A stretch of DNA of 64,000 nt. Source: Veleropilina oligotropha. Lineage: Eukaryota. Shown piece by piece: positions 1-14,239 of this stretch. The notes below the pieces were generated by a model. That model did not search any database. It was given only the letters and a program-made list of their open reading frames with translations, and was not told the origin of the DNA. The stretch covers positions 186,001 through 250,000 of the forward strand of contig JBEUKZ010000115.1 of NCBI GenBank assembly GCA_048128005.1. The letters run 5' to 3'. Within the stretch, counting starts at the first letter, position 1, and every line of letters starts with the position of its first letter. A program made the translations under genes and the position numbers.

Positions 1-100
1 CATAATATTAATTTGTACTACATAATATTAATTTGTACTACATAATATTAATTTGTACTTCATAATATTAATGTGTACTTCATAATATTACTTTGTATTT
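1..100. repeat. 20-bp tandem repeat (CATAATATTAATTTGTACTA), about 5 copies, cut by the window edge
   Basis: Units are directly visible at 1, 21, 41, 61 and 81. Confidence 0.95.
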
Positions 101-1726
101 TATGCTTAACATGGATTACATGAAGTGTATGTTTGTCTGAAGACATCTTTTGGTAAATGAATCCATTTCAAAACAGAAAACATTATTATAATATAATTTA
201 TGTTTCCATATCATGTTATATCATATTTGAATTATTTAATTTAATTTATAAATATATTTACAGAATAAATGGTTTCACACATATATCATTTGGAAATGCA
301 ATGTCCATCTTAGTACTATAATAGTTACAATTCCTGAGTACAATAAACAAAATAAATGTATGTTACAATGCGATAATTGAAAATGAATACCCCTGAATAC
401 ATATTTCTGAGTTATGCTTGCATAAACTATGATTCACCCCCTCTGGATTTGTACTTTATTGTATGCATAAAGCACAAATCCGACGATAAAGTACAAATCC
501 ACCTAAAAGATGATGTTGTTTCATATTTATTTTATTAGCCAATACCCACATGGTATCCCATATGATATCTGTTGCTGTTTTATGTGCTTACAACATGAAA
601 TATGGCTTGCGATTTTTGGCCAGCACCCTTAAAAAGTCACAATATTGAAAATTTCCATTTGTCTTTCAATTTTTTTCCATAAAATGGTATCAAAATACGA
701 CATATTTATTTCATAATGTAACTGGTATCTAAATGTCTATTTTACAACATTATACAGTGCTCGGAATAATAATAATATTTAGTTTATGAACGATTTTGGT
801 AAATTTGTCATAAAGTACGAATCCCGTCAATTACGAATTCACTGAACGTTCCTGACCATGTTACTGATCATTCACCACATGACTCACATAAACATCCATT
901 GTAATTTATCAGAGGCGAGGAATTTAAGAAATACATGCATGGCTCTTGGTGCAAACGTCAAAATTTCCATATCTGTGCCATCTATATGTTATTTTGTATA
1001 TAATATAGCCCAAATGTTCACCCATATGTACATATTTAATATTATTTATAACTTGACAGATATCAAAATTAGCGTCTTTATTGTCGTGGGTTCCTTCACA
1101 ATGTGATTGCCGCCTGTCCGCTTTGTGGTTGCAGTGGCGGTTTGGCCTTGCTTTAACGAATGTGGATTCGTAACTTTACTCGCTATGTTATCGTTATCGT
1201 TATCAAACTCATTGTAAAGACAATTGGATTTACACAACTTAGTCTCTTCGTCTATAAATTCCTTTCTTTAATATCCGAACGGGTAATAACCAAAAAATCA
1301 TGAAATCAACATGTTTATTTATTATTTGCGTCTGCATAGTGGATTTGTACTTTACTCAACGTTTTATCCATTTTAACACTTAGATTGCTATTACACAGAT
1401 ATTTTACACTGGAATCCACAAAGTAATGCCAACTTGTAGGATACCTGACATGCTTCCAAAATAGATAGAACAGCGTATTTATTTGAATTTAATCCCTGTG
1501 TTATTGATGCATTTATGTGGATTTGCACTTTATGTAGATAAATATCAAGGCCCATGTCATGTAAAATGTCCGGACAAATTAATCAAAAGTATACATTTTT
1601 CGTAATTCTAAACATGCTAGAATAAAATAAAATGCACTGAGACACCGTACTTACATAATTATAAAATATATTGGCTGAAATACCCCAAATCTCAAAATTG
1701 CTGCATTTTCGTGAGAATCAGCCATA
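1..1726. mobile_element. Putative non-autonomous DNA transposon end with dispersed subterminal motifs
   Basis: GGATTTGTACTTTA-like motif in both orientations at about 445, 466, 486, 809, 1164, 1341 and 1519. The region ends at ...GTGAGAATCAGCCATATA. Superfamily not determined. Confidence 0.4.
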
Positions 1727-2493
1727 TAATAATAATATAATAATAATGAGAGATTTATATAGCGCAAGATCAGGAAAGGATTCTAGCACTTTGCGCTTTA
1801 CAATGATTGAATCAGAACACTTAAACAGACAATGATAAACAATATACATTTACAAGACATACATATTTTATAGCCGACTTAACACAATTAAGGAAAAAGT
1901 TGATAGATGCGAGATTTTCAGTTTATGGGAAATGTTTCCGGAACAAGTGTGTTTTGAGAGATCTTTTGAAAGTTGCTTTGTCTTCGATGTAACGAATAAC
2001 CACAGGAAGTGAGTTCCATTGGCTTGGAGCAGCAAATGAAAAACAACGTTCTCCGAGAGATTTCGTTTTCATGCCAGGAATGCAAAGAATACGAGTGTCT
2101 AAAGAAGAACGGACAGATATTGAGGTAGTGATTGATCGAAGTAAGCATGGCACAGAGTTGATAATTTATGATCTATTCTTGCCTGAACTGGAAGCCAGTG
2201 AAGAGAGTGGAGCAGGGGCATGACATTATCGTGCTTCCGAGCTTTTAGAATTAGTCTAGCGGCAGAGTTTTGAATCTTTTGAAGTTTTTCAATTATGTAC
2301 TTTGGACAATTAGCCAAGAGAGAATTGCAATAGTCCAGTTTAGAGAGAACAAATGCACATACAAATGTTTTAGTTGCTTCAGTTGATAGAAAGTGCCGAA
2401 TAGAACTCAGGCGACGAAGTTCGAGGAAAGCCGACTTACATATACTAGATACATGTTTATCTAGGGAGCAATCGTCTGAGAACATGACACCAA
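1727..2493 (-). mobile_element. L2-clade LINE, 3' fragment
   Basis: ORF2 C-terminal motifs VLSKLDYCNSLL, LQKIQNSAARL, LHWLPV and FSFAAPSQWNSLP with a frameshift. The 3' end reads GCGCTATATAAAT followed by a (TTA)n tail. Confidence 0.9.
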
Positions 2494-2855
2494 GATATCC
2501 GTCGATTTATTTGAAAACTACCGGCTCAATTTTCACCAAAATTGGTACACACATTCCCACGAGTATTTGTAGGTCGTGTATGTAACTTTTGCGACACATT
2601 ATTGCAAAAATATGCATTTATTGGGCACTTTTATGCATATATGCTATATAACGTATGTCAATTAAACATCTAGTAAATAGCAATGGCGTCATTACGATGA
2701 CGCCTTAGAGTAATCGTCATTGAGTGACGTCACAATCGACAGGGTGGTAAAGTCTTGTAGTACGTACACTTCGCCATTGTAACGTTATAACTGTTCTGAA
2801 AATTTGACGGAAATAAATAAAAGTCAAGACATATTCCGAATGCGTCGTACTTGTT
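2494..2855 (+). repeat. Dispersed non-autonomous repeat; inverted copy of about 15735-16084
   Basis: TACCGGCTCAATTTTCACCAAAATTGGTACACACATTCCCACGAGTATTTGTAGGTCGTGTAT closely matches the reverse complement of about 16000-16064, and the similarity extends about 350 bp. Confidence 0.85.
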
Positions 2856-3207
2856 TATCTTTATTAATGTAAATACTTAAATAAATGCTTATTTAAGCAA
2901 TAATTATATTTTATATAATACTATTACTGTAATATTGTTGTGAATAACATTAATATGACAACACATCTTATAATATTAATAATATCTATTTTGATATGAA
3001 AAGTTAAATATTTTTATTATAAAACTAACTTATAATAGGTATATTGTTGTCTGACAACATAAGAGACCTTGTTTACTTATAATAATATTTCTTTTCTATA
3101 CAATTATTTTTATGTTTAGCTAATAATTATATAAAAATAAATAACATTAAATTTATAAAATCGACAATAATAAAAATCGACGAAAATACTTTCAGGAATC
3201 TGTATAG

Positions 3208-4148
3208 GTTAACCCACATGGGACTGTTGATTCTTGAAAAATAATGCACGAGGGCCGACAGGCCCGAGTGCATTATTTTTCAAGAATCAACAGTCCCATG
3301 TGGGTTAACTTACTTAATCCATTTTGACAATATTAGCTATTTGTTATATTTTAAACATTATTATATACATGAAATCGCCAATTTAAAAGCAATACGATAG
3401 AAATTTTGTACGAATTGGGGTTTACTCTCCCAAAACTCCTGTCGGATCCCATTCCTAATTAGTTGAAGGCGCCGCTTAATCATGGTTATGAATAGACGTT
3501 TAATGTGCTCGTTAAGTGCAATTATACCGGCATGCACGGCGAAATATATTTCCGTCACGATGTTGTACATTTCAAAGCACGCTACACTTGGCTTCATAAT
3601 TTTGACCAGAGCACACGTGGGATTTACCTCTGCAGAGAGCATCAGGTATAGTATAATATTGCAAATATATGTTGTATCTTAACGACATTTCTGTGATATA
3701 ATATTTAAATAGCTCTCGGTGTTCGTTTCAAAGTAAAGCAATGGAACATCGTTCATATGAACAACAGCATTATATGGAGTATTGCCAGATTCTTCTGAAC
3801 GTTAAACGTGTATTACATTTTCTTCATTTGGGTAACGAATTTAATGTGCTTGAAGTTTGTTGTCAGTGCAAAAATGTTGTCTACGCGTTAAAATAATTAA
3901 TATTTTCTTTTCAGTGTCCAAGTGTACTAGAATGGACTCGTCCGCAGATAAATCTACCTCATTGGATTATATAGTGCGTTAAACATGCTTTCCTCATTTT
4001 CTGGAATGGAATCGTCCATAGCATGGAATTAATGCACATAACGCTTGTTTAATTGGTATTTCAAGCAGACACAATGATTTTGTAGCAGTGGATTCGTGAA
4101 AAATAATCTACAGTTAATACAATGGAAACGTAGGTCAAAATGGATTAA
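3208..4148. mobile_element. Hairpin-ended non-autonomous element (Crypton-like)
   Basis: Palindrome with perfect 42-bp arms at 3208-3309. A 15-bp inverted repeat pairs TTAATCCATTTTGAC (3314-3328) with GTCAAAATGGATTAA (4134-4148). A degenerate copy of the arm lies at 4088-4111. Confidence 0.65.
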
Positions 4149-6580
4149 TCTGCGATAATTACCTCAACCTCCTGGAATGCTGTTTTGGGTTTATCACATG
4201 TATGTGATTATAGTAATTTTTTTGTTATTGTGATGTAAAAACATTTAAAATTCATTGTTGTATTTAAATTACGGGATACCTGTTATGGTATCCCTGCTGG
4301 GTACCACAAATTTTAGGGAAGATCTACCCCTGTTAGACCTTATGAATATTTAGTAGCCATGACGCGCATACTATTTCCTGACATGTGTACATGCGCGGAA
4401 TATTTACTATCGAAGAAAAATCGGTCAAAAACTGTTGTTTACTACCAAGATTTACGTTGTTTAGAAAGTATAAAGATTAATGTTTTTTTGGACATCATTA
4501 TATGGAAGTAGGAAATTATCGCAATGTATATCGTTGCTTTTACATAGTAAATGGTTGTGAAATGCTATGCCGAAGCATGAATTATGTCACTAGAAGACTG
4601 CATGTCGAAGAATGAGGTCAGCCAGCATAGGTCAATATGACAGCACTGGTCAATGGATTGACCCTGGATGCCATGCCCCCTACATTGATCAGCTGATATC
4701 GATGTTTACTTTTGGATAATAATTACATAAAGAAGATTGTAAATATATTTTATTACACAATAAATGTTTATAGACTAATTATGAACTGCTAATACATGTA
4801 GCGTTTGATGGAACGCTGGTATTTACAAGCAATGTTTGCGTTTCTGTACTTTTCCTCTTTTGCATGGCGTCATTGATATGGAAATGCATTTGTGTGACAT
4901 ACCTCTGTTTGACACTTGACAACAACATTATAATAAGTACAATTTATAAATTAGTTATTTTATTGCATGTGAATGAATATATACTAGAAAAGTTATATTT
5001 ATAATAGTTATTTATATATGTAAATATATATACCCACATGCACATATAATGACAGACATATATGCACGCACATTCATGTGCACGCACACCCATATGTGCA
5101 CACGGTACATCCATTTATGGCTAATAACACAAGTAATATTATATTATTCTGTAAACTATAAACGTTCCTATTCTGAATGACCTAATGTTTCTATAATTTG
5201 ATTACAGCTTGACCTGCGGATTGCAAACTGGGTTCGAATGTACCCCCCCCCCCCCCCAATTTTCTCAATTTTTTGGTATATAGTGATTTTCATATTTCAA
5301 AAGTAAAAATAGAAATAATTGGTTTACTTACACCTTAGATTTTGTTCATATAATTCAATTTATGGACAAGCATGGTTATTATGACCAAATATTGTTCCAC
5401 ATGTTATCTGTAAATTTGTAATATGACATATATCTAAAAATATATTAAAATTTTATTTTTTGTAATTGTTATTTGTGAGCCACCCTGTAAAAATATGATG
5501 TAACAATGCAACCATTACACAACATTACTTTGAAGATCATTCTATTATCTTTCATGTGATATATAGTTTGTATGGGTTGTGAGCAGGATTATGTGCCACA
5601 TAGTACATCTACAAATGTCCTATGACAAACTAAAGGTTTTTCCCAATTAAATTCAGTTGCCAAAGAGTTAAAAGGTCTCCAGTTGAGTTATGAGAATTTA
5701 GATAGCCCTGCTTACTGATAAATTACACTGATAGACTCAAAAAATATATTTGTGGTCTGTGTAACGGACGTCATTCAAAATTTCATTAAATTTTAGTTTT
5801 TCATTACTTTTATTGACAAAACAAAACTTTAAAATTAAACATTCAATTTCAATTTCTTTTTTCAATTTTCCCCACCGTAAAAGCTAGCAATTTCTAACTA
5901 CTCAGTATATTATTTTGTGAAATTTCTTTATTTCCCTCAAATTTTCATAACAGTTAATACAATGGCTAAGTTTAATTCACTTTATTTTGATCGCATCTGT
6001 TGCACTTGATTTAACTAAACTATGATCATTTTGTTTGTGCTTTAATCAGTGCAATATTATGATACAAAATTAGCGTTGCTGAGTGTTAGCCTATAGTTTT
6101 CCTTTTTTCATTCTAAAAAAAGGGAAATTTACAATGAAAATTGATTGTTAATCTCTCAATTTAAATTTTTGTTTTGTCAAGAAAATTGAAAAATGAATGT
6201 TCATTTTTCGTTTTATATTTTTTGCTTTTTCAAGAAGCTTGCATCAATACAGCTGGCACCATTTAAAAGCAAAAAGTGCAAAAAATTCAAACGTAAACTT
6301 TAACTGCAAATTTCATGTTCAAAAACACCAATATCACACATTATTGATATTAAATCATATTCAATATCACTTCCAGAATAGAACGTAGCATCAATATAGC
6401 CACCAAAAAGCCATGCTAGCGTATATGTGACAACGCAACAAATAAAAGTGCTTGCATGATATGATGTCAATACTTGTACTCAGAGTCGGACTCGGATGCT
6501 CAGAAAACGTGAAACGAAATTTCTTTTTCTAAAACCACCAATTTCACAGATTATTTTAGCTATTCTGCATCACGGTTTAC

Positions 6581-6801
6581 CTGGCACCCCCGTCCGTTTG
6601 TTGGAGCGGCTCGAGGTTGATCACTTTCCCGTTGACACTGGCCGCGCAGTCGTTTATTTGCTGGATGCGGTTGACATTTGGGGCACCATCGGAATGCCCA
6701 CTGTCATCAGCTGTCGAAGCCTTCGCCGTTGACACGCTCGATTTTTCGCCAGCAAAGCTCGTAGAGGTGAACAACAGAATTACGCAAAGTACGCAAAACA
6801 T
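6581..6801 (-). CDS. First coding exon of a secreted or membrane protein, possibly MRH-domain / mannose-6-phosphate-receptor-like
   Basis: ATG at 6801 and signal peptide MFCVLCVILLFTSTSFA, then ...QQINDCAASVNGKVINLEPLQQTDGGAR, ending at a phase-2 donor AG|GTAAAC (6581/6580). The C-x-G-x-I-N-L-x-PL-x-DG-x-R pattern resembles the start of invertebrate M6PR-like domains (from memory). CCAAT and CACGTG motifs lie upstream. No further exons were found in the window. Confidence 0.6.
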
Positions 6802-7610
6802 ATTCGCTACTGTTTCATTTGCACGAGTTGTCGATGCAATACTCGATTTGACGCCTACAACGGTTATCACTTTTATAACCGATCGCTTCTTTTAGCATCG
6901 CGCCTCGAGTTGACCCCGCGACCTGATTTGTTGTGATTGGTGTAACGTTCACCCCATGACCTCAAGCTATTTTAAGCCACAACAACACGAGCACGTGTTC
7001 AGGTAACTCGAACGGGCATATTATTGATTGCCCCGATGTATAGACGTACATATACTATATATAGTACAATTTTTTACCACCGGGAATTAATTGCTGTCGT
7101 TGTATTGTTTCTTGATGTTTATGAATAAAACATTGTGTTTATTGGTTCTCAAATCAATATGCGCATGTCATGCATGCATGCATATTGTAGAGCAATTAAA
7201 CAAGCGGATCCTGTTGTGTGAACTCTCTGGAGGAAATTCGGATACTGTATAATTGATACTAATGAGAAATAACAAAAGGGTCAATTTATAATTTGGCATC
7301 GTTATTGCTCATAACTAGCCGTGTCACGTATGATTGAAGTTAACTAAAGTTAACTGTAACGCTAATAGTTAGCAATCAATACCAATAGAACCATGCGATA
7401 GCTATTGAACCCACCCGTGTCGACTGGCAAGTGACAATTTTGTGATTTATTTGGAAGAGCTCCGCCTGGAAAAACCTTCGGTCTGTGTGTCTGTCCGTAC
7501 GCATTTCTTGGGAATAAACATGGCTCAATTCCCAAAGTTGTTGATAACTTCACAATGATAATGATTATGAATCATATACCGGATAATATAACTTTTCGCG
7601 TTGCTTAATA

Positions 7611-7960
7611 GTGTGTGTATATATGGCAGCTGAAATTATTGCAGGTCCGCTCACTCATATAATAAATTTATCTATACGAACAGGTGTTGTGCCTGACGAC
7701 CTAAAATTAGCTAGAGTTATTCCTCTGTATAAGGAAAACCGTAAAACTGGTGCTGGTAATTATCGTCCTGTCGCAATTTTGAATGTAATATCTAAGATTT
7801 TTGAACGAATTATATATGACCAGTTGTATGAGTATTTACATAACGCAAATATGGCTTACATGTATCAGTCAGATTTTCGCAAATCTTATTCAACGGATAC
7901 ATGTTTAATGCATTTAACTGATTATATCAAATTTGAGATGGATAAAGGTAACTTCGTTGG
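7611..7960 (+). mobile_element. CR1-group LINE RT fragment (5' part of a split element)
   Basis: KLARVIPLYK, NYRPVAIL and YQSDFRKSYST. Breaks off at DKGNFVG and resumes near 11665. Confidence 0.85.
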
Positions 7961-10900
7961 CATAGATAGATAGATAGATATTTATTTACCTTCTCTGTTA
8001 TAATACATATGTACAGTACAAAGTAACATAATATTTAATAATGTATGGCATAGAGAAGAATACATATGTACAGTACAAAGAAACATAATAATTAATAATG
8101 TATTACATAGAGAGGCAGGACGATAGTGGAGTCAGAAGTTGACTGTTCCCATCAGGGTACTATCGCCCTTATAACGTATGCTTTAATCTTAATGTTATGA
8201 CATTTGCAAAGCGTGCGTGCGCGTGTATGAACAAGTGGTGCTTATGATTATGATGTGCGTATAATATTTCAAGTTAAATACTGTTTGGGTAACTTCCATG
8301 CATAGTTACTAGTTTGTAGTAATGTATTCCTAGTATGAAATCCTGCAATTTTTATAAGATGTCTATGATATATGTTATATATATACTTTAATAGCTGCTA
8401 AGTTTAATGCTTAATAATTCAGTTGTAAAGGCTTTTTTACTCTTTTTAGTTTTCACACAGTGTGGAAATTTTCCCCACAAATAAGGCATTTTACATAAAA
8501 TACTTCGATTGTAAATGGTTTTTGAATGATGTTGTATTGCTGGATCCAGTCGATTTCTGGTGTTGTAATTGTGGAACTCTGAGTTATGAGAGAATAATAA
8601 TTTTATTGGCAATGGTAATTGATTAGTATAATATTTGTAGCCAAATTTACACACTTCTAAATCTATGATGTCATCAAATTTCAGTATTTTTAGTTTCTTA
8701 AATAATGGGTCTGTCTGAGCATTGTATTTCTCATTGAGGATGATAATACGAATGAATTTTTTGGGAGCAAAAATATTTTTTGATTTGTGTCTGACTTGCC
8801 ATGATGCCCTATGCTGGCAAACCATAGGTCAAATGGCAATGCACTGTCGAAAAGTAGAGTTGGCGCTTTACCCATATTGGTAGTCTATTTTTACAACATC
8901 TTAGGCTGTACACGCTTATCAATATTTTATTATGAACATAATTGGTATGTTCGGTCCAGCTGAGATTTTCATCTATTATGGTGCCTAACAATTTCGTTGA
9001 TTTCACTCTCTGAATAGGTTTGTTGTCGATTTTTAATTCAATGTCAGCAATAGTAGTACGGTTTTGACTTTTTTTAAACAGGATGTAATTTGATTTTGTT
9101 GCGTTTAATGACAATTTATTGCTTTTGAACCAATCACTAATTATTTGCAGATCGTGCAAAGCAGATTCACGCATACGCTCAATTGAACTCGAACTGATAA
9201 ATGCGGTGGTATCGTCTGCAAAGTTTATTATTTTCAAAAGATTTAAGCATTTATTATGATCATTTACATAGATTAGGAAGAGTAACGGACCAAGCACAGA
9301 TCCTTGTGGAACACCATAATTGACTGACTGATAATCAGATAAAACTTTATCGCTACTCTTTTTGTCCACCGTTTTTACACATTGCATTCTATTTGATAAA
9401 TAGCTGCGAAACCAATTATTAGATATTGGTTTGTAATTAGTAATTAGATTTTTTTCTTTGCTCTTATATATTGGGATTACTTCTGCATATTTCATAAGAG
9501 TTGGAAATATTCCTGTTTCCGTAGACTTATTGAAAATTATGAGCAATGGTTTATTAATAGAGAGTACCAGTTTTTTTAATAATATATTGTTAACATTGTC
9601 ATATCCTGATGAGCTTTTGTTCTTTAAGTTTATTATTGTTTTAGTAATCTCGGCCAGATCAGTGGGATACATGAAACAACTCCGTTGCTCCTTGCCTCCT
9701 AAATACTCGGTAAACATTTTGTTAGCCTTTGGGATCTTATTTGCCACATTTTGCCCTAAATCAGTGAAATATTCGCAAAACTTGTTGCATATTTTTTTGA
9801 TCAAATAATTTTATACCTCAACATTTATATATTCTGGTAGACCAGACTTGTTTACTTGTTTACCTATTATTTCATTAATAACTTTCCATAATTTTTTGGA
9901 ATCCTTTTTAAACTGGTTAATACGGTCATTATAATAAGTCTGCTTTGCCACACGTTTTAATTTATTGAAAATATTTCTATATTTTATATAATTTTTATAT
10001 TCTGCACTATTTCTATTCAATCCTAAGACTTTTTTGTATAATTTATCACACCTTATAATATTGAACTCTTTAGAAGCGCTTTAGTCATATAATTATTACG
10101 TATCACAAATTTTTTCGTTATCTGTATTTCAATCTCAGGCGCAACTTTGTCAATGCTATTTCGCAATTGCTCAGAATATACATCAAATCTATCATTTGCA
10201 TCATAATTTTCCAAAATATCCCAATTATAATTGTTTAACAGACTGCATATATTATCTATCTTTTTATCATTTATTTTCCTAGTTTTCACAATTTGGGGAA
10301 TTGCATCTTTCGAGATGGATGTGCGTATTACGCCTAAACATGGGAGATGGTCAGATAAATTGGTTGTAATAATGGCAGATGCATACGATTTAGCCATGCT
10401 GGATTTGATGTAAATGTTGTCAATTAATGTAGCGCTTTGATGGGTTATTCGAGTAGGCCGAGTTATTAAAGGTAGTATTCCATGCGATAATGTTATATCA
10501 AGAAACTTCTTTGTATTCAAGTGCTTATCTACTTTTAAAAAGTCTAGATTTTGGTCGCTGCCTAGAATAAGGTCTTTTTTTCGTTTTTGATAGTTTCCAG
10601 GATACATTTATATTCATGTAAGAAGAACTTTTCATCCGTTCCCGGAACCCTATACATCTCACCAACAATAACATTTGTACCTTTCTTTTGTTCAATTTCA
10701 ATAAAACACGTTTCGAAAATTCCTTCATGAAATACACTAATATCGAATCGTGTTTTATATATTATGTTACTTTTTATATCTACTGCAACCCCTCCTCTTG
10801 TCATATTGCTCCTGCATGTGTTTTTCCTCGAGGTTATAGCCCTCGATTTTGCAGTGATTTTGTTTAGGTCATGTATAAAAGTCTCACACAGCAATATAAT

Positions 10901-11100
10901 GTCAATAGCATATCCATCGTTGTTCATCTTAGAGAGCAGGTGTTTCAAATCATCAATTTTATCGGGAATACTGTTTATGTTTAAATGAAGGATATTATAA
11001 GAAGAGTCTCCAAAATCAATGTTTTTTATATCATCAGGTTCGAAATAATCGCATTAATTATTAATTGGCATATCGGTATCAAGTAAATCGTTCAAATTTT
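7961..11100 (-). mobile_element. CR1-group LINE, degenerate endonuclease plus RT, nested in another LINE
   Basis: APE motifs (LCETF, GGVAV, TLIDNIY, SDHLP), RT motifs (GVPQGSVLGPLLFLIYVND, FADD), several frameshifts and an internal deletion. The 3' tail AATAAA plus (TATC)n is at 7961-7990. The 5' limit may extend to about 11660. Confidence 0.92.
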
Positions 11101-11664
11101 GTGTAGGGTTTACATATGAACTTCTATTTAAGGGGACCGTATTGAATAGTTATAAAACATCATAATGTAAAAAGTCATGGTTATAAGACATCTCGATACA
11201 TATTTAATCAGAGCAACATCAAAGAGAACATAGCATACTCTAAAACAAACATCCATTGGTATTGCGAAACGGAAATCACATTTTCTATACTCTTTTACAG
11301 TGTTGAAAAGGGTGATTGTGGTGCAATAAAACATTAAAAGTCTCAAAATTATAGAGTGGATGCAGCAGTGGGTCTCCTCTTAGATACGTAATTTAAAGGC
11401 TCGATGTTACATGAAATACATACTTTATACATAATTTTGGATCATGTCTAGCTAAATGTAAACATTTATTATTTCATAGGTTAATGAAAATTAAAATCAA
11501 TATAATGTAACTTAGGGGTATGTAATTTATGGTACAATTGATTGTTTATATATTTTAAGTTGATTAATCACATTATATATACAAATATTTATACATAAAT
11601 GTATATGTATATATTTATATGTTGAAATAGCAAGCATCGGCCATACAGTGGAACAAACAAGATA

Positions 11665-12395
11665 TATCTATAGAAAGCATTTGATGCAGTAAATCATGAT
11701 ATATTGCTTGGTAAAATGAAATCTATGGGCCTGTCAATATCGGCAGAAAAATGATTTGGATCATATGTATCAAATCGAACACAACTGGTTAATGCATCTA
11801 TTGTGTCAAGTCTAGTCAAGAGAACATATTATGTGTAGTGCCGCAAAGGATCTATCTTCGGCACATTGCTATTTTTGATGTATGTCAATGATTATGGAAA
11901 GTGCTGTTAAATTTAAGTTACTATTATACGCTGATAATTCTGCATTATTGATACCTGGAAAAAACTTGTTTGAGCTCCAGAACCAACTTAGTGTGAAACT
12001 AACATCTATTAGTGAATCGCTAGTTGACAATAGGCTATCTTTACATCTTGGGAAAACTGAATCTATATTGTTCGGACCAAAGCGAAAACTTAAAAACAAT
12101 CCATCTATTGTTCAATGTCATTATGACTTTGCTTGGTCATTCTGGTATTCGAGTCTGACCAAACGGACTAAAACTAACCTTCACATTTCACAGAACAAAA
12201 TGGTCAGATTTACTTTAAATCTACAACCGAGAAATCATTTATCTACAGAGCATTTCAAAACACTAGGATGGCTCCCTATTGAACAAAGAGCACAATAATT
12301 AAAGTTAAATCATGTTTACAGAGTGTTGGATGGCCAGGCACCATCGTATCTTTCCGATAATTTCTTTTGCACAGCTAGACGTCATTCTTATGCAT
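11665..12395 (+). mobile_element. CR1-group LINE RT fragment (3' continuation of 7611-7960)
   Basis: KAFDAVNHDILL, LLYADNS, LSLHLGKTESILFG and LGWLPIEQR. Confidence 0.85.
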
Positions 12396-12399
12396 AATA

Positions 12400-13330
12400 C
12401 CCTATCTCGCGTGAAAAAACTGAGTTGATCGGAGTAACGGTTGTCGAGATATTCTCGCTTACAGACAGACACACAGACAGACAAACCGACTCGATTGCAA
12501 TACCTTCTCCCACCACTTCGTGGGCGAAGGTAATAAGTTGTTTTCAACTTTTTGTGTGATCCTCGGCATCTTTACCAGTACTATGTTCCTTTCGTATCCT
12601 TGTGTTGTTACCATGTGACCCCGCCTCTCTGGTGGGAGAAGGTATTGCAATCGGATCGGTTTGTCTGTGTGTCTGTCTGTGTGTCTGTCTGTCCGGGTGC
12701 ACATCTCGACAACCGTTACTCCGATTAACGCAGTTTTTTTTCACACGAGATAGGGTCCACCCTACACTCGGTCCTCCCCAAAGATGATCCTAATTGGAAA
12801 GCGGATCCTGATTTTATGACGCAATTTCGTAATTTCCGGTTTGTCTGTCCGGATTATCTGTCCGCGAGAATATCTCAACAACCATTGATCCTATGTACTC
12901 AATTTTTTGACGTGATATAGTATCCACCCTAGGGTCGGTCCTCCTTAAAGATGATTCGAATCGGTAAGCGGATCCGGCATTTATTACGCAATTTTCGGTT
13001 TACAGACTTTCGGATCTATCTCAACGACCATTGATCCAATTTGCGCAATTATTTTACACAAGATAAAGTCCATCCTAGGCTCGGAACTGCCTATAGATAA
13101 TCGCATTCGGAAAGCGGATTCGGATTATACAACCCAATTTCCGGTTTACAAATTTTGGGCAACGGTCATTGATCCAATTTAATAATTTTTTGCCACAAGA
13201 TAGAGTCCACCATAAACTCGGTCAGTACTCCTTAAAGATGTTCGGAATCGGTAAGCGGAATCGGATTATATAACGCAATTTCCGGTTTGCGGATTTTCGG
13301 CTCTAGCGCTAGTTACTCAGGTGAAAGAAT
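12400..13330. mobile_element. Two back-to-back HINE-like (Helentron-associated) non-autonomous elements
   Basis: Short terminal inverted repeat plus GGTATTGCAATC, a (GTCT/GTGT)n microsatellite, and internal repeats of about 140-165 bp containing GGAAAGCGGATCCGGATTTTATGACGCAATTTCCGG. The same family recurs at 31530-33325, 55460-56050 and 57890-57990. Confidence 0.7.
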
Positions 13331-14239
13331 TAAGTTACTATAGTGAGTCTATTCTAGTGCAAGTGGGTCAATTTGGAATTTAAAGCGTTTATATCTGTGA
13401 TTTACCTACAATGGATTTGAACAAACAAAATGCCGGCACCTACTTTCAATGAATGTTGTTTAGCATGTTCTAGTTCCGGACCGTTTTCCTGGCACCAGTT
13501 ACTGTCTTATGGATGCTTAATTAAACTTGATTATTCAGTAAGCATTAAGCCAACAGTTTATCACCTTTAATATGCAACTGCAATGGGTTAGCTATCAATC
13601 TGACCTACGAGGTAATTGACTGTTTTATACAGAATATATAAATAGCCTCAAGAAGGATGTATGGAACAATGAAGTTTTGCTGATCTGTCCACCCAGATAC
13701 CGGAGATATACTGACAAATGAAACTCAATGTCCGTGACCTTTTGTCCAACTCAGGAGTATCCTCCTTTGTAAGCAAGCAATTATTTGTAATGGTCACCTA
13801 ACCTATTCAGGTTAAAGTGGTGCTGACACTTGACAACGTATACCATGGAATATATAATATATATTATGTTTCTATTCTGGGCGCATTACAATGGGTATTT
13901 CATACGTATTGTTTTATATATCGGTATCTTAATTATATACTATTTCTATGGTAAAATGGCATACATCATTAAGTGCAGTGTTTTGAACCCATTTATAGGT
14001 ACTGAGTATCACCCGGTGCTTGGTGAAGAAAACTCATATCTCATTGACCACTGGATTTAACGAACCATCTAATTGCATTAACGTTATATAGTTGATTACT
14101 TTCATAGATGCTTTTCCACGAAGGCTCGTTTAGGTCAAGTAAAATTTATTAATATTGCATCAGGCCGGCGAGGAACAATCCTATCTTCTTGTCCACATAT
14201 TTTAACAGACCACCGTATTAACTCCTGGCTGATTTGATA

